Assembly: GCA_964003245.1 (NCBI GenBank)
Contig: CAXFIU010000002.1
Location: 7,177-71,176 of the forward strand
Reading direction: 5' to 3'
Length of the DNA stretch: 64,000 nt
Source: an uncultured Candidatus Poseidoniales archaeon
GTDB taxonomy: Archaea; Thermoplasmatota; Poseidoniia; Poseidoniales; Thalassarchaeaceae
A model generated the notes under the pieces. That model saw only the letters and a list, made by a program, of their open reading frames with translations, was not told the DNA's origin and did no database searches. Below are positions 39,773-49,650 of this stretch, piece by piece (position 1 is the first letter of the stretch; each line of letters starts with the position of its first letter). Made by a program: the position numbers and the translations under genes.

Positions 39773-41334
39773 AGACCTAGAAGTGATGTAAAGAAAGGTA
39801 AAATTGGAGAAATAATGGCTAATCCAGCACCAATTAAGAATATTGCTCCGATTGAGACCCTTAATCTTGTGAATAAATCTGCCCTATTTTGTACGGTCAA
39901 TACTCTACCACTTAGTAAGTTGCCTTCTTCATCTTCTAATCTAACAGTTACAGTAGCCTCCCCTGGTTCTTCCGGTAATAGACTCTGCCAAACAATTTCT
40001 GTCGATTTTATAATCGAAGGTAATTTTTGTACAAAAGATTCGTTATCAATTTTACTTAATAGAGCATTACTAGAATTAACGCGAAGTTTGTAAACACATT
40101 CAGAAGGACGGAAATCAGGTGTTTGAATCTTTAAGATAAGGTTCACAGGTTCAGGGCCATTATTCAAAACATAAGCAAATAAATTTGCCTGGCCTACAAC
40201 AAGATTTTCCATATCTACATCAAACCAAATTTCATGATTGATTCCATTATCTATTTTCATTCTTAAACGATCATGGAGTCTAAAAAATGATGCACATCTA
40301 TCTTTAGCTCGAATTATTAGACGGTCCCAAGTCTCTTCACCAAGTTCTGGGTGTCGAAATAATTCGTCAATAATTTCTAAAGGCATCATTATTTCAAGTT
40401 CTGATCGGAAATCTTCTTCGTCTAAATATCCAGCTCTTCTTAGATGTAATAGATGAAGAAGCTTTTCTTGTAACTCAGATATATTATTGCCTTCATTAAC
40501 AGAATGTTGTATTGATCGAAGATATTCAGAAATACGAACTGAAAGTAAAGGATCTACATGTGCACTAATTACGTCGCTAAAGGGCCTTTTCAATAAAGCG
40601 GGATGGATAGGGGGGGAAAAGGAATCTAGCATACCCCAAGTTTCACAAGTGTTGAATCTCGATCTATCAGAGACCATGTGTACTCCATGTCCACATAAAA
40701 GAAAACCAGTTGAAAAGGATAGTAAAACAGAGTTGCCACTAACGATATCGGAAAATTGAAGGCTAGAAATTAAGAAGATCCCAGAAAGAAACATTAGAAA
40801 TGTCGTAGCAATCAGTTGTCTAAAAGAACCTTCTATAGTTTCTTTCATTTCAGCATATCCGTGAGCACTCCTGAAAGTTAAACCTGTCTTTGTGAGATAA
40901 TTAGATTGAATATTAAAAATTCTTCTTGTAACCGACAGTAATAGTAAAAGTAAACAAAGAAGCCCTAGATCTGCCACAATAAAGAAGAATGCCAGATAAT
41001 ATAACCCTACTTCGATAGTAATATCAAAAGGAATTACAGGTAAGACATGGTCAACCCACCAATCTGGCTCAGAACCAGTGAAGGATTCTGCGAATCCATA
41101 TAATATGATTACGAAAATTGGAATAACTAATACGAATCTAGCACCCCTGCTGATAAATAATCGATCTAACTTAACAAGATTCCTTTCATATTCCTGCAAC
41201 CTATCTATAGTTTTTTGATCATAATTTTTGTCATTACTAAACTTCTGATTCACATCATTAAACTCTGGTGCAGATGGAATTTCAATATCCTCTTCGGAAG
41301 AAAGAATATCGAAATCATCATTATTAATTGACAT
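39769..41334 (-). CDS. Polytopic membrane protein, hypothetical
   Basis: Multiple TM helices in the first ~230 aa and at the C-terminus, with a soluble ~250-aa domain between. No motif recognised. Confidence 0.35.
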   Translation of the reverse strand: MSINNDDFDILSSEEDIEIPSAPEFNDVNQKFSNDKNYDQKTIDRLQEYERNLVKLDRLFISRGARFVLVIPIFVIILYGFAESFTGSEPDWWVDHVLPVIPFDITIEVGLYYLAFFFIVADLGLLCLLLLLLSVTRRIFNIQSNYLTKTGLTFRSAHGYAEMKETIEGSFRQLIATTFLMFLSGIFLISSLQFSDIVSGNSVLLSFSTGFLLCGHGVHMVSDRSRFNTCETWGMLDSFSPPIHPALLKRPFSDVISAHVDPLLSVRISEYLRSIQHSVNEGNNISELQEKLLHLLHLRRAGYLDEEDFRSELEIMMPLEIIDELFRHPELGEETWDRLIIRAKDRCASFFRLHDRLRMKIDNGINHEIWFDVDMENLVVGQANLFAYVLNNGPEPVNLILKIQTPDFRPSECVYKLRVNSSNALLSKIDNESFVQKLPSIIKSTEIVWQSLLPEEPGEATVTVRLEDEEGNLLSGRVLTVQNRADLFTRLRVSIGAIFLIGAGLAIISPILPFFTSLLGL

Positions 41335-41343
41335 GAAAATACC

Positions 41344-41991
41344 TTATTCTACTCTGACTATGACTTTGAAACTCAATTCTCTTGAGAAGATGATTTCAGA
41401 ATCATCGCAATAAAATTTATCTGATTTTTTAATAATCTTGGAACCAATTTTCACACCCGCGTTTTCTAATGTTTTAATTGCAACACTGCTAGAATAAATT
41501 AGTTCAATTATTGAAGGTGTATCATCGGGTAGTGCAGATAAAGGTAAAAGTATATTTGACGTAGAAGTGATCATACTTCTATCGACAATTGGAATCATCC
41601 GCCCCTCTCTATTTCTCTCAGGATAACCCAACATTCTATCGATACATGCTTCTAATTCAACATCTATACCATGCTCAATCTTACAGGCAGCTGCATCAAC
41701 ATCTCCATCGAATCGAATCACATCAGATAATAAAATTTTCAACAACTCTTCTCTTCTCTTGATTCTAGATGCATGTGTAAATCCTTCAGAAGTTAGCCTG
41801 CACCCTTTGTAAGGAATATATGTCACATAATCTCTTCCTGCTAGTCTTTGAATCATTTCAGTTGTAGATGCTGGACTTACATCCATTAGTTCAGCTAATT
41901 TGGTAGTTCGAACGATTTCTCCAGGTTCTTCCGAATGTGCCTCGAAAATTCTTTTGAGATACATTTCTTCAAACTCACTCAATTTAGACAT
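41344..41991 (-). CDS. DtxR/MntR-family metal-dependent transcriptional regulator (wHTH + dimerisation + FeoA/SH3-like C-domain)
   Basis: TTKLAELMDVSPASTTEMIQRLAGRDYVTYIPYKGCRLTSEGFTHASRIKRREELLKILL matches the DtxR N-terminal HTH/dimerisation region. A FeoA-like C-terminal domain is present. Confidence 0.6.
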   Translation of the reverse strand: MSKLSEFEEMYLKRIFEAHSEEPGEIVRTTKLAELMDVSPASTTEMIQRLAGRDYVTYIPYKGCRLTSEGFTHASRIKRREELLKILLSDVIRFDGDVDAAACKIEHGIDVELEACIDRMLGYPERNREGRMIPIVDRSMITSTSNILLPLSALPDDTPSIIELIYSSSVAIKTLENAGVKIGSKIIKKSDKFYCDDSEIIFSRELSFKVIVRVE

Positions 41992-42000
41992 ACAAACACC

Positions 42001-43935
42001 TTAACCTATTTTTGCTATAAATTCAACTCTACAAGCAGGACAACGCGACCTGACAGGCCTCTTATCGAGTGCTACTCTAAGAGTTTGTTCACATTTTGGA
42101 CAAGCTAATAAATCAGTTAACGATGATGCCTCGGGTTCAGAAACAATAACTTCATTCTCTGATCCATCTATTTCTTCGTTATCTGATGTCTCACTCTCAA
42201 TTAAATTATTTTGAGAGAATTGCAAAGAGCAGGCAGGGCATTTAACAGAACCAAAGTGATCGATTGGAATATTCAATCTCTGACTACAAGAAGGACAAGA
42301 AACTTCCTTCTTTGATTCAGAATTATTATTACTTGAAGTTCTATTTGACAAATTACGCCTAAATAGAGTTGATTCTGTCGAAGGTGTACGTTGAGAAATT
42401 ACTCTATAAATTACCAAGCAAGTCATAACAATAGCTAGGCCGGATAGGGCTCCATAAATTGCAGCATAGATGCTAAAAGGTAGTGAGAAACTAGTGCCAC
42501 TCTCAGATTCAACGAGAACTGATGTTTGATTACTCACACTGATATCTCCCATGGACCAAATAAATTCAATATTAGTAGTTTGAGAATATTTCCATGAAGA
42601 AAATTCTACTGAACCTGAATATTTACCTCCACTACTTATCGAAGGTATTGATATTTCTGTAAATACTAGAGGCGGTTGGGCCACATCAACTATTCTCAAT
42701 AATCCAGGAGATGTTTCTGAAGCTCCAGTATTCTCTAAAGTGTATTCAATAGAGAAAGATTCGCCAGCAGATATAGGAGAAGGAGATGCGTCTGAAATAA
42801 TTATTGAGGGAATTACTAATGGAGGAGTTAATTCAACAACTACTTCTCCGTCTCCATTCAAAGGAAGCCAATAATTAGGGCTAACAATCACCTTTAGTCG
42901 ACTCGCATCAGGATGACCGAGTTTTAGGTTGATATTTCTAATTCCAGGATTCATTTGTAAGGTAAATGTTTGATATTCAGTGTATTCGTTACCTGATTTC
43001 ATTAATACTTCGAGATCTACGCTGCGATTCAGTCCTGAACTTAGATAAATTGAAACATCTAAATTGATACCGTCTTGAAAAGTCCAAGTAATTTCTTCTA
43101 ATTCGACATTAATATCCTGAGATTCTCTAACCTCTATATTCGAGCTACCGTTCAGAGAGATATCGACACCGCCATTCAAAGAAGATACCTTCCAATCAAT
43201 TACTAGAGAACCAGACAAAAGAGGGATGAAGTTAGCAGAAACTTCTCTACTAGAACCGGGAGAGATTACAATGAAATCTCCATTGACTAAAGTTGACCCA
43301 TCATCTTTAGTTAACTCTAGTCTAACAGAATCACTATTAGATCCTTTATTATGGACTAAAATTGAGGCAGTAAGTTGGTCTCCAACATGAACTGGTTGGC
43401 CAATAATAACAATCTCTTCAGAACCTGCAGATGAAAAATTAACAGGATTAGGACCTACTCGCATTTCAAGAATTTCAATTTCTTCAGTATTATCAACTTG
43501 CAACTTGCAAAGGATATAACCTTCACTAACTGGTCCGAAAGAAATGACGACATCGGTAGCAGATGCTGTGCCGTCTAATATCCCTGAATGCCCACCATAC
43601 CATTGTCCACCATAACCAAAACTAAAACTCCAAGATGAATTATCAGATGAAAGATTCGAATTGAATACTTGAATCTTCAGATCCACAAAATCCCCGTCAG
43701 AAGCAGAATCATTACCTGTTTTTTCCAGAGTACCACCGTCTAAATATTCAATAGACCATGTATTACTATCTGAAATGGTAAAATCGTCATCAGAGGCGGT
43801 AACATTATACGAAAAAATTATCATTAATATTGATAAATATAAAAAAACCTTCAAAGAAGAAACTGTAACTCTTCCGGTCATTAGATAATACTCGACAAGA
43901 ACAACCGTATGAATGAAACCCCTCTTCGGGGTCAC
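42001..43935 (-). CDS. Cell-surface protein with beta-rich ectodomain, single TM and cytoplasmic tail bearing two zinc ribbons
   Basis: Signal peptide (LKVFLYLSILMIIFSYNVTA). TM AIYGALSGLAIVMTCLVIY. Tail has CPSCSQ...CPACS and CPKCEQ...CPACR. Confidence 0.45.
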   Translation of the reverse strand: MTPKRGFIHTVVLVEYYLMTGRVTVSSLKVFLYLSILMIIFSYNVTASDDDFTISDSNTWSIEYLDGGTLEKTGNDSASDGDFVDLKIQVFNSNLSSDNSSWSFSFGYGGQWYGGHSGILDGTASATDVVISFGPVSEGYILCKLQVDNTEEIEILEMRVGPNPVNFSSAGSEEIVIIGQPVHVGDQLTASILVHNKGSNSDSVRLELTKDDGSTLVNGDFIVISPGSSREVSANFIPLLSGSLVIDWKVSSLNGGVDISLNGSSNIEVRESQDINVELEEITWTFQDGINLDVSIYLSSGLNRSVDLEVLMKSGNEYTEYQTFTLQMNPGIRNINLKLGHPDASRLKVIVSPNYWLPLNGDGEVVVELTPPLVIPSIIISDASPSPISAGESFSIEYTLENTGASETSPGLLRIVDVAQPPLVFTEISIPSISSGGKYSGSVEFSSWKYSQTTNIEFIWSMGDISVSNQTSVLVESESGTSFSLPFSIYAAIYGALSGLAIVMTCLVIYRVISQRTPSTESTLFRRNLSNRTSSNNNSESKKEVSCPSCSQRLNIPIDHFGSVKCPACSLQFSQNNLIESETSDNEEIDGSENEVIVSEPEASSLTDLLACPKCEQTLRVALDKRPVRSRCPACRVEFIAKIG

Positions 43936-43976
43936 ATAGTGACCTTTATTGATACCTTTCGTTAGCCCCGTGTAAT

Positions 43977-44813
43977 ATGAACACAGATGAGCTTCTCGCA
44001 GTCACGCCGGAAGAGATGGCTAAATCTCTACTAGCTCGTAGGGAATTGCTAAGGCAACAATTGCCTACTGTAATTAGAACATTAGAAGCTGATGAACAAA
44101 ATCTCGCACCTAAAGCGAAAAAAGCTGTTGAAATTAGTAAAAATATAAATTCTAAAGTTAGTGAATTAAAAGAAGAGAGAAACAAAGCTCAGAAAGAAGC
44201 AAATGAGTTACTGAAGATTGTTAAAGAAAGTAGAGAGAAACTAATTCAAAGTGATGGAATGATTAATCTTGATCCTTCTTGGAAGAAGGAAAAAATGTTT
44301 GAAGAAATAGAAGATATTGAGAAAAAAATAGAAACATCAGCTTTAGACCACAAAGCCGAAAGAAAGTTGTTAGATAAAAGAAAAAAACTGATTGAAGAAA
44401 ATGATAAATGGCTTAAACAAAGAAGAGACTTAAATCCCGAGATGGTTACATACATAGATGCAAGAAGAGAAATGAATAAACTTTACAGACTAGCAGATAA
44501 ATCACATAGAAAAATGCTTGATGGAGTAGAAAAAGCTCAACCACAACATGAAAAACAACAGAAAATTAGAGATGATTTGCGTGAAATCCGAAGACAACTA
44601 GACAGAGCTAGAGAATTACTATCACAGTCTGATCGAGCAATTGAGTATTGGGAAAGAAGACTAGACAAAGGATTTGGAGAATTAGGAGATGGTTTCAAAG
44701 ATCTATTATCGGCACAAAGAAAAGTCGCCGAGGGAGGAGATTCATCTTTTGCTAGAAAGAAGAAAATCAAAAAGGTAGAAAATATTTCTAAAAAGAAGGA
44801 GGAAGAGGAATGA
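43977..44813 (+). CDS. Coiled-coil protein, family member 2
   Basis: Charged heptad-rich sequence, KR/E-rich tail. Weaker C-terminal motif (AEGGDSSF). Confidence 0.4.
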   Translation: MNTDELLAVTPEEMAKSLLARRELLRQQLPTVIRTLEADEQNLAPKAKKAVEISKNINSKVSELKEERNKAQKEANELLKIVKESREKLIQSDGMINLDPSWKKEKMFEEIEDIEKKIETSALDHKAERKLLDKRKKLIEENDKWLKQRRDLNPEMVTYIDARREMNKLYRLADKSHRKMLDGVEKAQPQHEKQQKIRDDLREIRRQLDRARELLSQSDRAIEYWERRLDKGFGELGDGFKDLLSAQRKVAEGGDSSFARKKKIKKVENISKKKEEEE

Positions 44814-45790
44814 GTGATTCAGAACCTCAGAGTGGAATCTTTGCAGATTTAGAAGATATGTCTCACAAAGATGTTGAGTTATTATCCAAAAAAATAGAAC
44901 GGGAAATTAGAACTATTGAAGAGGAACATAGATCATTGAGGAATGAAAGGAAAAATCAAGTAGAAATTGTGAAATCATTACGTCAAGCAGTCGGTGAGAA
45001 CGAAGCTATCAGTGAAGAAAGAAGAGGACTATTAAGGAAATTTCATCAATCTAGGAAACAGGCAGAAGATGCAAGAAAGAAGAGAGATTCCGTCAATTCA
45101 TCAATCCCTCCTCCATCAGCCATTCTCGCAGAATGGATGGTTGAAACACACCAGAGATTAGTTACAATAGATAATGATTTGACGGCAGTGCCAACACTTC
45201 ACAGAGAAATTGACATGTTCAAGAGATTTTTTGAACTTCAGGCAGCATTTACAAGAAAGCAAGAATCGGAAAAATACCATGAAGAATATGTAAATTATAT
45301 CAAAGAAATCAGAGTCATTACCAAAGAATTAGATGCTACAAGGAAGGAATCTTCTCAAGAAAAGACCGGAGATTCTTCTTCAACAGAAGAAGAAATTAAT
45401 CCCAGTAATGTGAATCGCTCAGATGTTAGAAAAATTAGCAAAAGAATTAAGAAAATCGATTCTCAATTGGATAGGATATCTGAAGAAAGAAAGTCATTAA
45501 GAAAAGAAGCAAATCGTCTAAGGACATATCTTAGAGTTACTAGTAGCAGAGGAAAGCCGATAAAAATCTCCGAAGTTAAAGATAGGGCAACAAGTGGAGA
45601 TTCTCTAAATACACAGGAATTAGGCGCATTACTTCGAACTGGTGGCCTCGCAGAATTAACAAAAAGTAATTCAAAACAACCTAAGAAAAAGCAACCGAGG
45701 AAAAATAAAGGGAAAAAACAACATCGTAAGCTTGGGGTTGCCAGAGGAGGGGCACGATTGGGTTCACGAGTTTCTAAAAGAGATGATTGA
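44810..45790 (+). CDS. Coiled-coil protein, family member 3 (basic tail)
   Basis: C-terminal TSGDSLNTQELGALLRTGGL then a basic tail ending QHRKLGVARGGARLGSR. Start overlaps the previous stop by 4 nt. Confidence 0.45.
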   Translation: MSDSEPQSGIFADLEDMSHKDVELLSKKIEREIRTIEEEHRSLRNERKNQVEIVKSLRQAVGENEAISEERRGLLRKFHQSRKQAEDARKKRDSVNSSIPPPSAILAEWMVETHQRLVTIDNDLTAVPTLHREIDMFKRFFELQAAFTRKQESEKYHEEYVNYIKEIRVITKELDATRKESSQEKTGDSSSTEEEINPSNVNRSDVRKISKRIKKIDSQLDRISEERKSLRKEANRLRTYLRVTSSRGKPIKISEVKDRATSGDSLNTQELGALLRTGGLAELTKSNSKQPKKKQPRKNKGKKQHRKLGVARGGARLGSRVSKRDD

Positions 45791-45860
45791 GCAGTTGGCC
45801 ATTTTACATCCTTCCTATGCCCTTATATGATGACATTAACTCGGACATTATGACAGGTGC

Positions 45861-46736
45861 TTGCTAATGATGGATTTTGATGAGGTTAGAGGTGTTCTAA
45901 CACCTAAAAGTACTTCATTAGATGAGAAACTTTCTGAATTCAGAGAAGATAGAGATAACTGGAATGCTAAAGTCAAAAAATACTTGACGGAAAGAAACGA
46001 AATCAATAGACAAGTTAAGGAATTAATTACTGAAGTTCAAAATCAAAAAGTAATAAGAGATGAAGCTAATTCTAAAGTCAAAGATCTAAAAATTATTCGA
46101 GCAGAAAGGTCCTCTGTTCTAAAACAACTTCGAGCAGAATTACAGGAAAAAAGACCTGTTGAACAGAAAAAAGAAGAAAAGAGAGAGAAGAAGCGTAATG
46201 AAAGAACTATCCGAAATGATATTGAAAAAATGGATATGAAATTTAATTATGGACATTTTCAAGGTAAGGAAAGAAATTTTGAAAGACAAATGAAGAAGTT
46301 ATATCAAGAGTTGAAAGAAATTAAAAAGCAAAAGAAAGAAAATATTTTTTCCGAACTAGAATCACAAATAAGAAAAGCAGCAAAATCTCAAGAAGAAGCT
46401 CACAGACTTGTAGAAGATGCTGTTAATACCGCTCAAGAATCTCATGATTTAATGATAGAATTATCAGAGGAAGTAGATAGATTGAGGGCAAAGGCAAATA
46501 CATCTCAAGAAGGAGTAATACGTTCAAAAAGGGAAGCAGACTTGTTACATAACAAATATGTGGTTTCACTGAGAAGTATTCATTCTATTCAAGATTTATT
46601 CAAGGCGATGATTGCACAAGAGAAGGATGTTGAGGACGATGATGGTAGCAAGTTAGAGGTCACCGACTTGATGTCCAGATTGATGTCAGGAGACACTCTA
46701 TCGACAGAAGAACTGATGGCTTTACAAAGAAACTAA
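45861..46736 (+). CDS. Coiled-coil protein, family member 4
   Basis: Ends with MSGDTLSTEELMALQRN, the same SGD-x-L-[ST]-T-[EQ]-EL motif as members 1 and 3. Confidence 0.45.
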   Translation: MLMMDFDEVRGVLTPKSTSLDEKLSEFREDRDNWNAKVKKYLTERNEINRQVKELITEVQNQKVIRDEANSKVKDLKIIRAERSSVLKQLRAELQEKRPVEQKKEEKREKKRNERTIRNDIEKMDMKFNYGHFQGKERNFERQMKKLYQELKEIKKQKKENIFSELESQIRKAAKSQEEAHRLVEDAVNTAQESHDLMIELSEEVDRLRAKANTSQEGVIRSKREADLLHNKYVVSLRSIHSIQDLFKAMIAQEKDVEDDDGSKLEVTDLMSRLMSGDTLSTEELMALQRN

Positions 46737-46737
46737 G

Positions 46738-47679
46738 CTACAAATCGTAAGTCTTTCCATTCTGACTATGAAGTATTTTTTCTTCTCCATCCTCAAATAT
46801 TAATTTCCAGGCTGGGATTTGTGCAAACTGGAAATCAAAATTTAGTGAGGACAAGTCAACCCTCCACCATTCAAGCATCGTTGACTTAACTAATTCTGTA
46901 GCATCATTTGATTCTTCTTTCTTTCTGTAATCAAGCATTGGTTTAAGATTAGTTTTTAATTGATCTAATGAAAGCCAATTATTCTCTGAAGTTTTAATTT
47001 GCCGGAGATTAGGAGAGTTAAAGAAAATATGTTCTTCACTGAAAGGGAAAATCTTTTTCATCCAGGGATCCTCAATAAAAGCCCATTTTTTCCCATCCTT
47101 GATAGAATCAGGCCCTATCATTAAGCCCGAAATTTTCCATAGTTTAACTACTAAAAACACTGGCATGGAATTTAAAGAACCGGAAGGTTCCGTTTGAAGC
47201 CAATCTTCTAATTTAATTATTGGATTAAGAGTTATAGTCTCAGTTTCTCGATCATTGTTAATATCTTCAAAATTATTCCCCCCTACTGAAATCTCTTCAT
47301 TTGAAGGATTCTTAACAATTAAATCACCCCTTAAAACAGATTCGCCAATCCACCTAGATAATTTATCAGGCCCCCAAGTAATAACTCTGAAATCATCAGG
47401 TAGATCAACAAGAATATCTTCAGTAATTTTTCTTTCACTAAGTATCCAGTGTCGATCCCCTGGTGCATCAATTGACCATCTTTCAATTTCATTTTTAGAA
47501 ATAGGCAATATATCTGATTGGACATGCCAAATATATACTGATGAATCACTCATTTCATCAAAATCAAGTAATTTTTCTGCAACACCTAGACATTTGAATC
47601 CGTAAATATTGAAGCTTTTTCCTGTAGGCTCTAAACTAACTGTTCGAGAATTAAGAATGGCTCGAACAATTTCTTCCAT
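46738..47679 (-). CDS. Hypothetical protein
   Basis: 313-aa ORF just downstream of L30e in the RNAP operon direction. No recognisable motif. Confidence 0.3.
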   Translation of the reverse strand: MEEIVRAILNSRTVSLEPTGKSFNIYGFKCLGVAEKLLDFDEMSDSSVYIWHVQSDILPISKNEIERWSIDAPGDRHWILSERKITEDILVDLPDDFRVITWGPDKLSRWIGESVLRGDLIVKNPSNEEISVGGNNFEDINNDRETETITLNPIIKLEDWLQTEPSGSLNSMPVFLVVKLWKISGLMIGPDSIKDGKKWAFIEDPWMKKIFPFSEEHIFFNSPNLRQIKTSENNWLSLDQLKTNLKPMLDYRKKEESNDATELVKSTMLEWWRVDLSSLNFDFQFAQIPAWKLIFEDGEEKILHSQNGKTYDL

Positions 47680-47761
47680 GCCATCGGGTATGGCTACATC
47701 ACTTCAAAACAACTATCGAAATCTAACTAAGGTAGTTGAATTGTTGACTATCAGAGAACAT

Positions 47762-48058
47762 TCAAACATTCATTGAAAGAGAGAGTAATTCGCTCTGCCC
47801 TGGATCCAAAACACATACTGCGCTAACAGGGAATGGTTTGGCACATGCAGCACCAAGTTGCCTGTTGACTAAAGTAACCTGATGTAGTGTCACATCGGGA
47901 TGATTTTGTTTTATGTCAGAAATATATTCTTTAGGGCAATTTGCGGCCACTAAGACCATTCTAGCGTCACCTTTTGAACAGGCACTTTTTGTTTGACGTT
48001 GCCCGAAAAGTAAATTTCCTGTACTAATTCCTTGTTTTAATTGTCTTGCTAAATCCAT
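47762..48058 (-). CDS. rpl30e: 50S ribosomal protein L30e
   Basis: LKQGISTGNLLFGQRQT...LVAANCP...LGAACAKPFPVSAVCVLDPGQS matches the L30e/L7Ae-fold consensus. It sits in the canonical position after rpoA''. Confidence 0.7.
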   Translation of the reverse strand: MDLARQLKQGISTGNLLFGQRQTKSACSKGDARMVLVAANCPKEYISDIKQNHPDVTLHQVTLVNRQLGAACAKPFPVSAVCVLDPGQSELLSLSMNV

Positions 48059-48069
48059 AAAAAATCCCC

Positions 48070-49650
48070 CTATAAGTCCTCTGGTATGTAAAATAAGTCA
48101 ACGCTTCCTGTACCTAAGGCAACAGGTTGTCCGACAATAATATTTTCAGTGACACCTCTTAATTCATCTCTCTCACCGATTATTCCAGCTCTAAGAAGAT
48201 GAGTTACTGTTACTTCGAAAGCAGACCTTGCAAGTATACTGTGTTTAGTACCGCTAACTCCATGACGTCCAATAGCACGTACTTCACCCTCACTAGTCAT
48301 TACGTCTGAAACCATCAATAAATGTCTAACATCAACATCGAGACCTGCGCCTTCTAGTGTCAGAAGCATTTCATTAATTATTGCTTGACGTGCTGCTTCA
48401 ATTCCAAGATAGTCATGAATTTCAGTGATATTGTTTGTATAAGTTCTAGATCTGTCTACGCCAGCATATTCACTGACCTTAGATAGATTAGAACCGATTG
48501 TTGAGATATAATATTCTCCAGTTTCAGCATTCGGACCTTGTACGTTAGCCCTCATTATATCTGGAAGACCTTTGAGTCGCAATTTCTTAATTTTCTCCTC
48601 TAATTGGAGTAAAGCAGTATATGTTGGTGGATCAGTAGCAAGAGTTGCTAATTCTTCTTCCTTTGCAACACCTGGTATAATCTTCAAAGTTTTTGGCTTA
48701 TCATCGTTATCTGCTTGAACAAACAACCTTAGAGCACGAGATAATTTATCACGAACTTCTGCACCTGTCATTTTCTTAACGCGAAGATTAGCATTATTAA
48801 GTGAAAGAATAATGTGTCTTTGTGTAATATCTACGTCAATATTGGCTATATCACGTGTTGTTGTGGTTTCTAACCCTGCTGCAATCTCCTGCACCAACTT
48901 TTGGTTAGTTCGAAGAGGTTTGCCTTTTGCATTGTTTTCATCAAGATATATTCTCATTGTAGGAGTCTTAGGCACTTTTCTAGCATCTACAATCTCAATA
49001 ATACGTGGAAGCCCCTGTGTAACGTTTACTGTAGCCACACCAGCATAGTGGAATGTTCTCATAGTCATCTGTGTACCAGGTTCACCAATTGACTGAGCTG
49101 TAGTAATTCCAACAGCTTCGTGTGGATCGACTCTAGAACCTTTAAGATGATCATTAGCAGAACTTACTACTTTCTTTGCTTTCGCAGGAGTCAATTTAGT
49201 CTCACCTCTTGCAATTAGAGCATTTACCAAGTCGTTGGTGATTCTTGGAGACATTGATACATTCAATTTGACAGCTGCATCGGTCAATTGTGAATATAAT
49301 TCAGATTCGGAATCAACATCTCTAAGAATCTGAACCATTTTCGATTCTGTATCGTAAGACTGAATAGGTAGAGATGCTCTTTTAGAGCTTCTACTTCTTC
49401 TTGCAGCCTTTCTTCTCAACAATGTTTTGTCGATCCTAGCCGCTGCTCTCTGAGCAGCTTTTGATGAACCAGCCATTACTTCAAATATTTTTGTAGCCGT
49501 ACCTGAATCAGTACCACATATCTGGGCAATTTGAGAGGATGTTAATACCTTAACGTCATCCCATTTCTTATCATCTGCTAACTTATGAGCATATTCCTCT
49601 TCAATTCCTAAGTCCATCAACTTCTTCTTTGTTGCACTCTTTACTACCAT
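48070..49650 (-). CDS. rpoA2: DNA-directed RNA polymerase subunit A'' with ~100-aa N-terminal HhH-like extension
   Basis: Conserved [25 protein letters not shown] and downstream A'' core. N-terminal [27 protein letters not shown]... is homologous to the RpoH N-terminus. Confidence 0.85.
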   Translation of the reverse strand: MVVKSATKKKLMDLGIEEEYAHKLADDKKWDDVKVLTSSQIAQICGTDSGTATKIFEVMAGSSKAAQRAAARIDKTLLRRKAARRSRSSKRASLPIQSYDTESKMVQILRDVDSESELYSQLTDAAVKLNVSMSPRITNDLVNALIARGETKLTPAKAKKVVSSANDHLKGSRVDPHEAVGITTAQSIGEPGTQMTMRTFHYAGVATVNVTQGLPRIIEIVDARKVPKTPTMRIYLDENNAKGKPLRTNQKLVQEIAAGLETTTTRDIANIDVDITQRHIILSLNNANLRVKKMTGAEVRDKLSRALRLFVQADNDDKPKTLKIIPGVAKEEELATLATDPPTYTALLQLEEKIKKLRLKGLPDIMRANVQGPNAETGEYYISTIGSNLSKVSEYAGVDRSRTYTNNITEIHDYLGIEAARQAIINEMLLTLEGAGLDVDVRHLLMVSDVMTSEGEVRAIGRHGVSGTKHSILARSAFEVTVTHLLRAGIIGERDELRGVTENIIVGQPVALGTGSVDLFYIPEDL

